A stretch of 64,000 bases of DNA from Gammaproteobacteria bacterium (GTDB taxonomy: Bacteria; Pseudomonadota; Gammaproteobacteria; Eutrophobiales; Eutrophobiaceae): contig CBDCDS010000003.1 of assembly GCA_965215365.1 (NCBI GenBank), positions 960,001 through 1,024,000 on the forward strand, written 5' to 3'. The notes beneath the pieces are model-generated. The model ran no database searches, was not told the origin of the DNA, and saw nothing but the letters and a program-made list of their open reading frames with translations. The translations under genes were made by a program, and so were the position numbers. This document shows positions 30,284 to 39,591 of the stretch, in pieces; position 1 is the first letter of the stretch, and the number at the start of each line of letters is the position of its first letter.

Positions 30284-31045
30284 ATGTTAGTAGTTGAACG
30301 ATTAAGCGTACAGGTGGGCCAGACCCTGGTTTGCCGGGAGCTCGATCTCAACCTCGGCGCCGGTGAGCACTGGGGGATGCTGGGTGGCAACGGGGTAGGA
30401 AAAACCACCCTGTTGCATACGCTGGCTGGTTTGAGGCCGCCGCGCGGCGGCAGGATCATGCTGCATGACAAAGACTTGCGCGACTACCGGCGCCGGCGCC
30501 TGGCGCGCAGGCTCGGCGTTTTGTTTCAGGACAGCCAGGATACCTTTCCGGCTACGGTGATGGAAACCGTATTGACCGGGCGTTTTCCTTACCAATCCTT
30601 GTGGCCGGGAGGGTCGAGCACAGACCTGAATCTGGCAGCTGCTGCGCTGGCGCAACTGAATTTGGCGTCGCTGCGGGAGCGGCAGGTGGACACCTTGTCC
30701 GGCGGTGAACGGCGCCGTCTGGCTATCGCCACGCTGCTCCTGCAGGAGCCCGAGCTATGGCTGCTGGATGAACCCACCAACCATCTCGATTACCACTACC
30801 AGATCCAGGTTTTGGACCTGTTAAGCCAGCGCGTGAGCGACCGCAACGGTTCGCTGTTGATGGTATTGCATGACGTCAACCTGATAAGCCGTTACTGCAC
30901 CCACGCCATACTGATGCCGGGAGAAGGTGAATTACTATGCGGCGAGGTGGCAGCAGTGATGAACCGGAGCAACCTGGAAAACCTCTACCGCCACCCCATC
31001 CGCGTACTATCCGACGGCGGCAGGAACTACTATTTTCCTGCTTGA
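30284..31045 (+). CDS. ABC ATP-binding subunit (BtuD/FepC-like)
   Basis: GGNGVGKTT, LSGGE, LLDEPTNHLD. Confidence 0.92.
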   Translation: MLVVERLSVQVGQTLVCRELDLNLGAGEHWGMLGGNGVGKTTLLHTLAGLRPPRGGRIMLHDKDLRDYRRRRLARRLGVLFQDSQDTFPATVMETVLTGRFPYQSLWPGGSSTDLNLAAAALAQLNLASLRERQVDTLSGGERRRLAIATLLLQEPELWLLDEPTNHLDYHYQIQVLDLLSQRVSDRNGSLLMVLHDVNLISRYCTHAILMPGEGELLCGEVAAVMNRSNLENLYRHPIRVLSDGGRNYYFPA

Positions 31046-31061
31046 TTCAGCTGCGGATGAA

Positions 31062-31589
31062 TCAGAGTCCCTCATCCACCTGGGTATCGGGCTCCGCCGC
31101 GGCTTCCTCATTGAGGGGAGCATCCGGTGTTTCGGCCTGGGGGGCACCCGCAGACGGCAGCTTGTCGATGAGTCTGCCGAAAAACCCGCGTTTTTTGTAT
31201 TGTCTGATGGGCACCTCGACGATTTTTGCAGGTTTTGTGGCCAGTTCATCCGATCTTTCCGGCCCCGGCACTACATCACCGTCGATGTGCGACAGCTTGT
31301 CGTCTTCAAAATGCAGCGTGACATGGCGTTGTTTACGTTGGTGGCCGCCTTTGGAGAAGGTATAGACGTAGTCCCAGCGGTTGGTATGAAACGGGTCCAC
31401 CAGCGGTGGCGTGCCCATGATAAATTGCACCTGGTTTTTATCCATGCCGGGTTTTAGCCGGGCCAGCATATCGCCGTCGATGATGGCGCCTTGCTGGATA
31501 TCGATGCGGTAAACACCAGGCAACTTGAAAGTGCCCTCGGTAGTGCAGGCGGTGAGCAGTATGGCAAGTGGCAGTAACAGGAATTTCAT
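31062..31589 (-). CDS. bamE: Outer membrane assembly lipoprotein BamE
   Basis: Lipobox LTAC; IQQG, GM.K.QV.F.MGTP, RWDY; divergent from fur. Confidence 0.92.
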   Translation of the reverse strand: MKFLLLPLAILLTACTTEGTFKLPGVYRIDIQQGAIIDGDMLARLKPGMDKNQVQFIMGTPPLVDPFHTNRWDYVYTFSKGGHQRKQRHVTLHFEDDKLSHIDGDVVPGPERSDELATKPAKIVEVPIRQYKKRGFFGRLIDKLPSAGAPQAETPDAPLNEEAAAEPDTQVDEGL

Positions 31590-31689
31590 CGGCGCAAAAG
31601 CAAAGTCAGGCAAAGCGAATCAAAGTCAAGACATTTCAAGCTCCTTGGAGTATACTTGATTTTCACTCATCACGACGCGGAAATTTCCC

Positions 31690-32094
31690 ATGGACAGCAT
31701 GTCACTCAAACAAGCGGGCCTGAAGGCGACGCTGCCGCGCATCCGCATACTGGAAATCCTGGAAGCCTCACACCAAAAGCACGTGAGCGCCGAGGATGTC
31801 TATAAGGCCCTGCTCGAGGCCAACGAAGATGTTGGTTTGGCGACCGTGTACCGGGTGTTGACGCAGTTCGAAAGCGCCGGACTGGTCATCCGTCACCACT
31901 TCGATACCGGCCACTCCGTGTTTGAACTGGATTGCGGCAAGCATCACGATCACATGGTCTGCATTGAGACCGGCAAGGTCATCGAATTTGAAAATGAGAA
32001 GATAGAAATGCTGCAACAGGAAATCGCAGAACAGCACGGGTACGAGTTACACGACCATAGTCTGGTACTCTATGTAAAGCCGAAGGCAGGCTAA
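31690..32094 (+). CDS. fur: Ferric uptake regulator
   Basis: GLKATLPR, GLATVYRVL, HHDH. Confidence 0.97.
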   Translation: MDSMSLKQAGLKATLPRIRILEILEASHQKHVSAEDVYKALLEANEDVGLATVYRVLTQFESAGLVIRHHFDTGHSVFELDCGKHHDHMVCIETGKVIEFENEKIEMLQQEIAEQHGYELHDHSLVLYVKPKAG

Positions 32095-32203
32095 CCCGCA
32101 TATCTCACCAAGTCGCTTGTTGTCTTGTGAAACATGATTACTCTCAATAAGTTATGGTAACCTCTAAAAATACCCTCCGTGGTATTTTTAGAGGTTACCA
32201 TAA
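32093..32203. repeat. One end of the ACCCGCA-MITE family followed by a perfect hairpin of the CCTCTAAAAA family (32152-32203); possible bidirectional terminator
   Basis: aacccgcatatctcaccaagtcgcttgtt; TTATGGTAACCTCTAAAAATACC-ctccgt-GGTATTTTTAGAGGTTACCATAA between convergent genes. Confidence 0.8.
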
Positions 32204-32248
32204 GGGCGCAGGAATGACGGGCGCGCATGAAGGAGGGTTGGGGGTGAC

Positions 32249-33247
32249 TCACAGACCTAGCGGCAGCTTTCCTCGTGCCTGTTCCAGGATTTCGCACAGC
32301 TGTCGCGCGCCCAGCAGGATGCGGGGTGTGTGGCGTTGGATAATGTCAGGGTCTATGAAAAACAGGTTGGCGTGTTGAGTCGCGTTCAGGAACGACCATT
32401 GTTGCCATTCATCCAGCCAGTCCGGCCGGGCTTCGTTCATGCCACTGGCGATGATCACATCGGGGTTTGCCGTAAGCACGGCTTCCTTGCTGACCTGCGG
32501 TGTAGGGGTGTCCAGTGCGGCAAAGATATTTGTGCCGCCGCACAAGCGGATGACCTTGCCGATCAACTGCCGGTCGGTAACGGTAATCAACGGGTTGGGC
32601 CAGACCTGGTAGAACACGCTGACTTGTTCCAGCCCCGAGTACTGGTTTCGTAACCGGGAGAGGCTGGCGCGGTACTGCCGTGCAACCCGCCGGGCGTGAG
32701 CTTCCCGACCGCCAAGAATGCCGTACCTGACGATATCCCCGGCCACATCTTCAAGCCGGCTTGGCTCAGTGACGAACACGGTCACGCCCAGCTTCATCAA
32801 GCGCGCGACCTGTTGGTATTGGTTGCCCTCCTTCCAGGCGATGACCAGATCCGGTTGCAGTGCCAGGATCGCTTCGATACTGATATTGTTATACCCGCCC
32901 ACCAACGGCAGCCGCCGCGCCGCCGCCGGGTAGTCACTGTAGCTCACCGCCCCCGCCACCTGCTCACCCACCCCTGCGGCAAACAGGTTCTCGGTGACAT
33001 GCGGGGCCAGACTGACGATGCGTGCGGCCGGTCGTTCCAGTGTCACCGTCCTGCCGATATCATCAACCACCGAAATGGCAGCGGCGCCCGGGGCAATATT
33101 CGGGCTCAGAGCAAAAATCGCCAGTAACAAGGCGCCCCTGAAAATGTCACGGAGGTCATTTTCAGAGGCTGCTGAAACTGCAACACAGCCATTGACCAAT
33201 GGCCGTATTTTTTCTCTGATGGCGGCTATCTGCCCTATACTGTGCAT
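32249..33247 (-). CDS. btuF: Cobalamin-binding periplasmic protein (start uncertain)
   Basis: [31 protein letters not shown]. Confidence 0.85.
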   Translation of the reverse strand: MHSIGQIAAIREKIRPLVNGCVAVSAASENDLRDIFRGALLLAIFALSPNIAPGAAAISVVDDIGRTVTLERPAARIVSLAPHVTENLFAAGVGEQVAGAVSYSDYPAAARRLPLVGGYNNISIEAILALQPDLVIAWKEGNQYQQVARLMKLGVTVFVTEPSRLEDVAGDIVRYGILGGREAHARRVARQYRASLSRLRNQYSGLEQVSVFYQVWPNPLITVTDRQLIGKVIRLCGGTNIFAALDTPTPQVSKEAVLTANPDVIIASGMNEARPDWLDEWQQWSFLNATQHANLFFIDPDIIQRHTPRILLGARQLCEILEQARGKLPLGL

Positions 33248-33269
33248 CTCAAACGTATTCCCTCTGGTA

Positions 33270-34727
33270 ATGCTTGCTGAAACCATAATGATACAGGGTA
33301 CAACCTCGGATGCCGGGAAAAGTATCCTGGTGGCCGGATTGTGCCGGGTGCTGGCCCGCGCCGGGCTGTCCGTTGTGCCCTTCAAGCCGCAGAATATGGC
33401 CTTGAATTCCGCAGTGACCGTTGAGGGTGGGGAAATTGGTCGCGCCCAGGCCTTGCAGGCCCAGGCTTGCGGGCTGGAACCTGCCAATGATATGAACCCG
33501 GTGTTACTCAAGCCGAATACGGATATCGGCGCCCAGGTCATTGTCCATGGTCGGGTCGATGCGACCCTGGACGCGGTGGCGTACCATGAAAGAAAACCGG
33601 CGTTGCTGCAGGCGGTGATGGAATCCTGGCAGCGCTTGCAGCAGGGTTATGAGTATATCGTGGTGGAAGGCGCCGGCAGTCCGGCGGAGATCAACTTGCG
33701 CGACCGGGACATCGCCAATATGGGTTTTGCCGAGCCTGCCGACTGCCCGGTGGTATTGATCGCCGACATTGACAAGGGCGGCGTGTTCGCGCACCTGGTC
33801 GGCACCCTGGCCCTGCTCAGCGAAACCGAACGGCGCCGGATTATCGGGTTTGTCATCAACAAGTTTCGCGGCGATATGGCATTGTTGCAGCCGGGACTGG
33901 ACTGGCTGGAACAGGAAACCGGCAAGCCGGTACTGGGCGTGTTGCCCTACCTGCACGGCTTGTACCTCGATGCGGAAGATGCCATCTCCACGGCTACGGA
34001 TGTGCCCCCGCAGGAACCCGCCCTGACGGTCATCGCGCCAGTGTTTCCCCGCCTCAGCAACCATACCGACTTCGACCCATTGCGCCTGCACCCACAGGTG
34101 GATTTCAGATTCATCGGCGCCGGCGCCGCGCCTCCGCCGGCCGACCTGATTATATTGCCGGGCACCAAAAACGTACGCGGCGACCTGCAATGGCTGCGTA
34201 CTAACCACTGGCTCCCGGCCATCTGTCGGCACCTGCGTTATGGCGGCAAACTCATCGGCATCTGCGGCGGCTATCAGATGCTGGGCGACGTTATCGCCGA
34301 CCCTAATGGTATCGAAGGCAAACCGGGCAGCAGCGCGGGGCTTGGCTTGCTGCGCATGGAGACGACACTGCACCCGCAGAAACAACTGCGACAGGTACGC
34401 GCCCGCCTGGCGCTGGATAATACCCCAGCCTGCGGCTACGAGATACACGCCGGGGTCACGCAAGGAGCAGCATTGGAAAACCCGGCACTGCTGCTGCCGG
34501 ACCGGCAGGACGGTGCCATCTCCGCAGACAATCAAATTCTGGGATGTTATCTGCACGGCCTGTTCGATGCCGGCACTGCCTGTGCGGCACTACTGCGCTG
34601 GGCCGGCCTGACACCCGCCCAGGCGTCGGATTATCACGACCTGAGAGAACGCCAGCTTGAACGACTGGCTGATGTGGTGGAAGAAAACATCGATCTGGCA
34701 GGAATCTTTCCGGGGATCGATTTATAG
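33270..34727 (+). CDS. cobQ: Cobyric acid synthase
   Basis: [40 protein letters not shown]. Confidence 0.96.
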   Translation: MLAETIMIQGTTSDAGKSILVAGLCRVLARAGLSVVPFKPQNMALNSAVTVEGGEIGRAQALQAQACGLEPANDMNPVLLKPNTDIGAQVIVHGRVDATLDAVAYHERKPALLQAVMESWQRLQQGYEYIVVEGAGSPAEINLRDRDIANMGFAEPADCPVVLIADIDKGGVFAHLVGTLALLSETERRRIIGFVINKFRGDMALLQPGLDWLEQETGKPVLGVLPYLHGLYLDAEDAISTATDVPPQEPALTVIAPVFPRLSNHTDFDPLRLHPQVDFRFIGAGAAPPPADLIILPGTKNVRGDLQWLRTNHWLPAICRHLRYGGKLIGICGGYQMLGDVIADPNGIEGKPGSSAGLGLLRMETTLHPQKQLRQVRARLALDNTPACGYEIHAGVTQGAALENPALLLPDRQDGAISADNQILGCYLHGLFDAGTACAALLRWAGLTPAQASDYHDLRERQLERLADVVEENIDLAGIFPGIDL

Positions 34728-35327
34728 CAAATCCTAAAAATGCCATGGAGGGCATTTTCAGATGGTTCCCATAACAGCTATTTGTCGTCAATCTGTCGGT
34801 GGTTTATGGTATTCTTGTGGGGTTATTTTAACAAGCAAGCTGCAACAGGTTGCAGGGAGATGAAAGACGACTATGCCAACCGTATCATCTGCGGGGACAG
34901 CGAGCAAACACTGAAAGCCCTGCCGGATAATTGTGTCGATCTGGTGTTCACTTCACCACCGTATAACTTTGGACTGGGTTATCAGGAAGGCAACGGTTCT
35001 GCCGATGGTGACGCGACTGACTGGAACTCCTATTTTGCCAAGCTCTTTCAAGTATTTGATGAATGTATCCGAGTGCTGAAATATGGCGGACGCATCATTG
35101 TTAACGTACAACCTTTATTCTCCGATTACATTCCCAGCCATCACATTATCTCTCACTACTTCGTGGAAAAACGGCTGATCTGGAAGGGTGAGATTCTCTG
35201 GGAGAAAAACAACTACAACTGCAAGTACACAGCCTGGGGAAGCTGGAAAAGTCCGTCTTCTCCTTACCTCAAATGTAACTACTCGCCCCCTCCCTCTAAT
35301 TCTACTGAATTTTTTGTCAAGGCGTCC

Positions 35328-35356
35328 TTGACAACATAGCGTCATGGCGTTATGTT
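35328..35356 (+). promoter_or_regulatory. Sigma70-like promoter of the IS operon, overlapped by inverted repeats
   Basis: TTGACA-N17-TATGTT; TTGTCAAGG-cgt-CCTTGACAA and AACATA...TATGTT palindromes. Confidence 0.65.
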
Positions 35357-35363
35357 GGTCGTC

Positions 35364-36044
35364 ATGGGGAATGCGTACCGAGGGTCGAAAGCCACGACGG
35401 GTCTGTGCCAGCCGCTCATTGCGATGATGCCGCCGCACAGTGTGTACATTGAGACACACTTAGGCGGCGGGGCGATTATGCAGCGCAAGCCGGCGGCGTT
35501 GCGCAACATTGGGATTGATCTTGATGTGCGGGCGTTGGCGGGGTTTACGTGTAGGTATCCGGTGGAGTTGGTGCAGGGGTGTTGTCACCGCTGGTTGGCG
35601 ACTTTTCCGTTTGACGGCACGGAGTTGGTGTACAGCGACCCGCCCTACCTGCACAGCACGCGCAAGTCACGGCACCGTTACCGGTATGACTACGAGGACT
35701 CAGACCATGAGGCGCTGCTGGCGTTACTGCAGGGGCTGCCCTGTGCGGTGATGGTGTCGGGGTATCCTTCGGCCTTGTATGATGAGGTGCTGGCGGGCTG
35801 GCGCAGTGTGTCCTTGCAGGTGATGAATCAGGGCGGGGTGGTGACCGAGCGGGTCTGGTTCAATTTTGTGCCGGACCGGGTGCACTGGGTGCGCTATGCG
35901 GGGCGCAACTTCACGCACCGCCAGCAGGTCAAGCGCAAGGCTGAGAACTGGGGGCGGCGTTATCGTGACTTGCCCCCGGCCGAGCGGCTGGCGGTGCTGG
36001 CGGCGATGATGGCGGTGGAGGCACAGTGCACATGGCCACGGTGA
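35364..36044 (+). CDS. Dam/D12-like DNA adenine methyltransferase (IS passenger)
   Basis: YRGSK, YIETHLGGG, DPPY, MVSGY, TE..WFN. Confidence 0.88.
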   Translation: MGNAYRGSKATTGLCQPLIAMMPPHSVYIETHLGGGAIMQRKPAALRNIGIDLDVRALAGFTCRYPVELVQGCCHRWLATFPFDGTELVYSDPPYLHSTRKSRHRYRYDYEDSDHEALLALLQGLPCAVMVSGYPSALYDEVLAGWRSVSLQVMNQGGVVTERVWFNFVPDRVHWVRYAGRNFTHRQQVKRKAENWGRRYRDLPPAERLAVLAAMMAVEAQCTWPR

Positions 36045-37549
36045 ACAAGGCCTCATTGCGTGCGGAGTTCGAGGCCATCCGAATGCGTTTTAAGGCGTTG
36101 TGCGCCGACGGCGCGCTGAGTCCCGAAGGGCGTGCGCTGTTCGAGTCGATGTTGCTGCTATTCGAGTTGCTGCTGGCGGTGTTCTTAGAGAAGACCACAC
36201 CGAAGGGGGCGCACAACTCCAGCCTGCCCAGTTCCCGCACCGACCCCGATGACAGTGCGCGCACACGGCCCGGCAAGCAGGGCAAGGGGCCGCAGACCGG
36301 GACGGTGCCCAGCGCGTCCCGGCGCGTGGTGGCTCAGACCCGCACGGTGCCCGTGACCGGCTGCCGGGCCTGCGGGCATGATCTCAAAGGCACCGCCCCC
36401 ACCGGCCATGTGCGACGAGTCAAGGTCGATATAGTCTTCGAGACGACCGAGTTGACCATTGACGCCGAGATAAAAACCTGTCCGCGCTGTGGCACTGAGA
36501 CCCACGGGGCGTTTCCCGATGACATGCCGGGGCCTTTACAATACGGCCCTGGCATCGTGGCTTTCGCCACGCACCTGTTAACGGCCCAAATGCTCTCGCT
36601 CAAACGTACGGCGCAGACACTTCATGCACTGACCGGGCGCGCCGTCGCCGAGGCGACCTTACTGGCCTGGCTCACGCGGGTGCATGAGGCCCTGGCCGGG
36701 TGGGAGCGGGCGGCTATCGCCCGCCTGCTCACAGAGCCCGTGCTGCACGCCGATGAGACCTCCTTGCGCATCGACCGCACACAACACTGGCTGCACAGCA
36801 CCAGTGCCGGGAACCTGGTACTGAAACACTGCCACCGCAAGCGGGGCGGGGACGCCCTCAAGGACATCGGCATCGTCCCCCGCTACGGCGGTGTTCTCGT
36901 GCACGACCGCTGGGCCAGCTACTTCGCCTATGACAACTGCGAGCATGCCCTGTGCGGCAGTCACCTGTTGCGTAACTTGGCCTTTATCGAGGACGCCCAC
37001 GGCCATGCCTGGGCCCAACGTATGAGCCGCCTCCTGCTCAAGACCTGCCGACAGGTGCGCACACATAAAAACAAGGCACTCAGCGAGACCGACTACCAGT
37101 CCCTGCGCACCCGCTACCGGACTATCCTGACACAAGCCAAACGGGAACTCCCCACACCCCCGAAACGGCTCACCGGCCAACGCGGACGGATTGCCCAATG
37201 TGAGGCACAAAACCTCCATGATGCCCTCGTCAAGTACGAAACCGAAGTCCTCCGCTTCGCCCGCGACCCCAACGTGCCGTTCACCAACAACCGCGCCGAA
37301 CGCGATATCCGTATGGCTAAAGTCAAACAAAAAGTCTCCGGCTGCTTCCGAACCACCGCCTACGCCGACACCTACTGCCGCATCTCCAGCTACTTGCAGT
37401 CTATGACCCTGAAGGGCTACAATCCCCTCGCCGCCATCGAGATAGCACTCAAGGGAGACGCCGCCACCATGGTGGAAAAACCGCTCAAAAATAAAACGGT
37501 TAAGAAAAACCAGATCAGAACAAAAGATCAGGGTAAGGGGGGCGAGTAG
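36032..37549 (+). CDS. IS66-family transposase (single-ORF ISBst12-like)
   Basis: HNSSLPSS, CxxC zinc finger, HADET, VHD, TNNRAERDIR; stop codon lies inside the right IR. Confidence 0.95.
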   Translation: MATVNKASLRAEFEAIRMRFKALCADGALSPEGRALFESMLLLFELLLAVFLEKTTPKGAHNSSLPSSRTDPDDSARTRPGKQGKGPQTGTVPSASRRVVAQTRTVPVTGCRACGHDLKGTAPTGHVRRVKVDIVFETTELTIDAEIKTCPRCGTETHGAFPDDMPGPLQYGPGIVAFATHLLTAQMLSLKRTAQTLHALTGRAVAEATLLAWLTRVHEALAGWERAAIARLLTEPVLHADETSLRIDRTQHWLHSTSAGNLVLKHCHRKRGGDALKDIGIVPRYGGVLVHDRWASYFAYDNCEHALCGSHLLRNLAFIEDAHGHAWAQRMSRLLLKTCRQVRTHKNKALSETDYQSLRTRYRTILTQAKRELPTPPKRLTGQRGRIAQCEAQNLHDALVKYETEVLRFARDPNVPFTNNRAERDIRMAKVKQKVSGCFRTTAYADTYCRISSYLQSMTLKGYNPLAAIEIALKGDAATMVEKPLKNKTVKKNQIRTKDQGKGGE

Positions 37550-38047
37550 TTACCCTCAAATATACTTGGGAGTTCCTGGAGGTCTTCTGCAAGGGCGATC
37601 TGAAAAAATCGGGCAATGCGCGTGATGCCGACATCAGCCCTGATTCTTTCAAAGAGTGGGTGGTTGCCAAATGGTCCATTGCCCCTGAGCGGCGTATGAA
37701 GGACTTTGATCATCCTGCCATGTTTCCGGAGGAGCTGGCAAGAAGGGTCATGCTGCTGTTCAGTTTCCGGGGCGACACCGTACTGGACCCTTTCGCCGGT
37801 GTAGGCACAACCTGTGTGGCGGCGCAGCACAACCACCGACAGTTTCTTGGCATTGATATTTCGCCCGAGTATTGCGATAAAGCTGAAACAAGATTGATTG
37901 ACCACCAATCATCTCTGGCGTTATACGGAAATCAGGGACTATATCAATTCCCGGCAAGACAAATATGATTACCGCGCGCAAGTTGATAAGCACGTTTTTA
38001 AGGATGGAAAACTGGTAATGGGTAAGGAAAATTGAAACGTTGTCTTG

Positions 38048-38728
38048 TTATTCCGTGATGTCATGGTCGGTTTGTCTGATGAAGGTTTGAACGTCTCTGG
38101 CCTTGCTCAGGCGCCTGATTAATTTGTTTATTTCTTGCATCAGTTCTTCAGGAAGACCGTATTCGATTTCATAGGTAAAATTGTTGATGCTTTTGGCGAG
38201 TTCTTTTGGCCGGTCGTCTTTTGTCATCTTATCTTTCAGGTAGAGCGGGATGGCTTTATTTAATTCCTCCGGGAGTTTTTTGTGTGCAAAGGCGATGTCC
38301 ATATAGTCTCGAATAACCTTTCTTTTTGTAATCGCCGCCAGTTTACTGGCAAGGATATCTATCGGGTGAGCAACCTCTATGCCGTTTTGCGCTGTTATTG
38401 GTGTTTTCACCGGTGCGATGACGTGAAATTCTTCTATGCTGATGAAATTGAATTTTATCTCTCGTTCTTTCCCTTTTACCACTGCATCGACCATCATTCT
38501 GCTTCCTTTGAAGTCTGCTGATTTGAGCCAGGGGATGCTTGATAAGGCCTCTCGTGTAACGGGTCCTGTTCTGAAAAAATCAAAGTCTGTGGATTTTCTG
38601 TGATTTAAGTACAAGGCAAGCGCGGTTCCGCCGTAAAGCCGATAGTCCGGCAAATCGTCGGGTTTCATGGTTTCCCATAAGGACAGCATGTCCTTATCCA
38701 TAAATTGTGTTTTGTCAGGCTTGAGCAT
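38048..38728 (-). CDS. AbiEii-family nucleotidyltransferase toxin
   Basis: LYGGTALALYLNHRKSTDFDFF, K..A..R...RDY.D. Confidence 0.9.
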   Translation of the reverse strand: MLKPDKTQFMDKDMLSLWETMKPDDLPDYRLYGGTALALYLNHRKSTDFDFFRTGPVTREALSSIPWLKSADFKGSRMMVDAVVKGKEREIKFNFISIEEFHVIAPVKTPITAQNGIEVAHPIDILASKLAAITKRKVIRDYMDIAFAHKKLPEELNKAIPLYLKDKMTKDDRPKELAKSINNFTYEIEYGLPEELMQEINKLIRRLSKARDVQTFIRQTDHDITE

Positions 38729-38729
38729 T

Positions 38730-39167
38730 TTATTTGTACTCGCCTCTGAGTTCTTCCCAGGATTTCTCGTAGGCGTATAACTGGTCTTTCATGTGTAATG
38801 GCTCGAACCATTCCTTGTCTATGTTGACGTGGTCCAGGCCAGCCAGCATTCTGTACAAACGCCAGGAGCGTGTTGATACCTGGCCGGGCCGGCAGGTTTC
38901 TAACATTTCAATCCAGTCTTCTCGAGGGATGGCGTCCCATAAGTAATCCACATCCTCATGTCTGGCATAGTCAATGGCGTGTCGCAGGAACTCGTAGCGG
39001 TTGCGCAGGATGGTCCAGGGATCGCCGTTCCACCACATTGAACTTGCGATGGCGGTTAATTTCGGTGTTGCCGGGAGGGGGTTGTTGACTCGTGGGATGG
39101 GTGTGTTGTGCCAGTCCATCTGCTCCGGGCGAGGGTCATAGCCGAGTGCTTCGATTGAGTGTGGCAT
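38730..39167 (-). CDS. Putative antitoxin partner of AbiEii
   Basis: Directly upstream with 1-bp gap; W-rich helical protein (WW...D...PG...RSW). Confidence 0.6.
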   Translation of the reverse strand: MPHSIEALGYDPRPEQMDWHNTPIPRVNNPLPATPKLTAIASSMWWNGDPWTILRNRYEFLRHAIDYARHEDVDYLWDAIPREDWIEMLETCRPGQVSTRSWRLYRMLAGLDHVNIDKEWFEPLHMKDQLYAYEKSWEELRGEYK

Positions 39168-39282
39168 CGTGGGTGAGTGAGGGTTACAGGCTTGTCCCTG
39201 TTATAAGGTCAGTCCGATTATTCCCGGAATCGTAGCATATTTTTAATAGCATTGCCGCGTTTCATGCTATCATATCCGCCGT

Positions 39283-39470
39283 ACACAGGAAACGGGAAGC
39301 CTGGTGAACTCCTGCGAGTGATTCCAGCACTGCCCCCGCAACGGTGATCAGCCCTGATTCCGGACGTAAACCACTGTGCCTCAGGCATGGGAAGGTGTCC
39401 GGGATGTTGACTACCGGTACCTCGGCAACGAGTACCAGTCAGCGCTGTCAGTCCGGAGACCGCCCTGTGT
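39283..39470 (+). ncRNA. Cobalamin riboswitch
   Basis: AACGGGAAgccTGGTGAA, CTGCCCCCGCAACGGT, CCACTG..GGGAAGG, AGTCCGGAGACC; P1 acacagg/cctgtgt; upstream of btuB. Confidence 0.92.
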
Positions 39471-39591
39471 GAGTATCAGGCCAGGCCTTGCCTGACTCTG
39501 GTTATGACATGTTGCGGAGGGCGGCATAGAGCATTTTCCTGCTCCATATCCCCTCTTTGCTGCTGTCTGGATTCATACTAATCCTGCGGGA

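Larger units (their letters stand above)
35275..37553 (+). mobile_element. IS66-family element with methyltransferase passenger, copy 2 (intact, 2,279 bp)
   Basis: IRs GTAACTACTCGCCCCC / GGGGGCGAGTAGTTAC; perfect 8-bp TSD CCTCAAAT at 35267-35274 and 37554-37561. Confidence 0.97.
34860..37968 (+). pseudogene. Beta-class DNA methyltransferase (SPPY, probably N4-cytosine) split by IS66 insertion; about 273 aa when restored
   Basis: FTSPPY in 5' part; HPAMFP and VLDPFAGVGTT in 3' part; removing the IS and one TSD restores ...SPYLK-YTWEFLE... in frame. Confidence 0.92.

Noticed and set aside
32994-33541. Long overlapping N-terminal extensions of btuF and cobQ in the ORF track
   Set aside because: These are mutual antisense read-through; family motifs begin near 33270 (cobQ) and below 33247 (btuF).
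33504-34556. 350-aa antisense ORF, and similar ones opposite mscS, dnaK and dapB
   Set aside because: Shadow ORFs of GC-rich genes with no motifs of their own.
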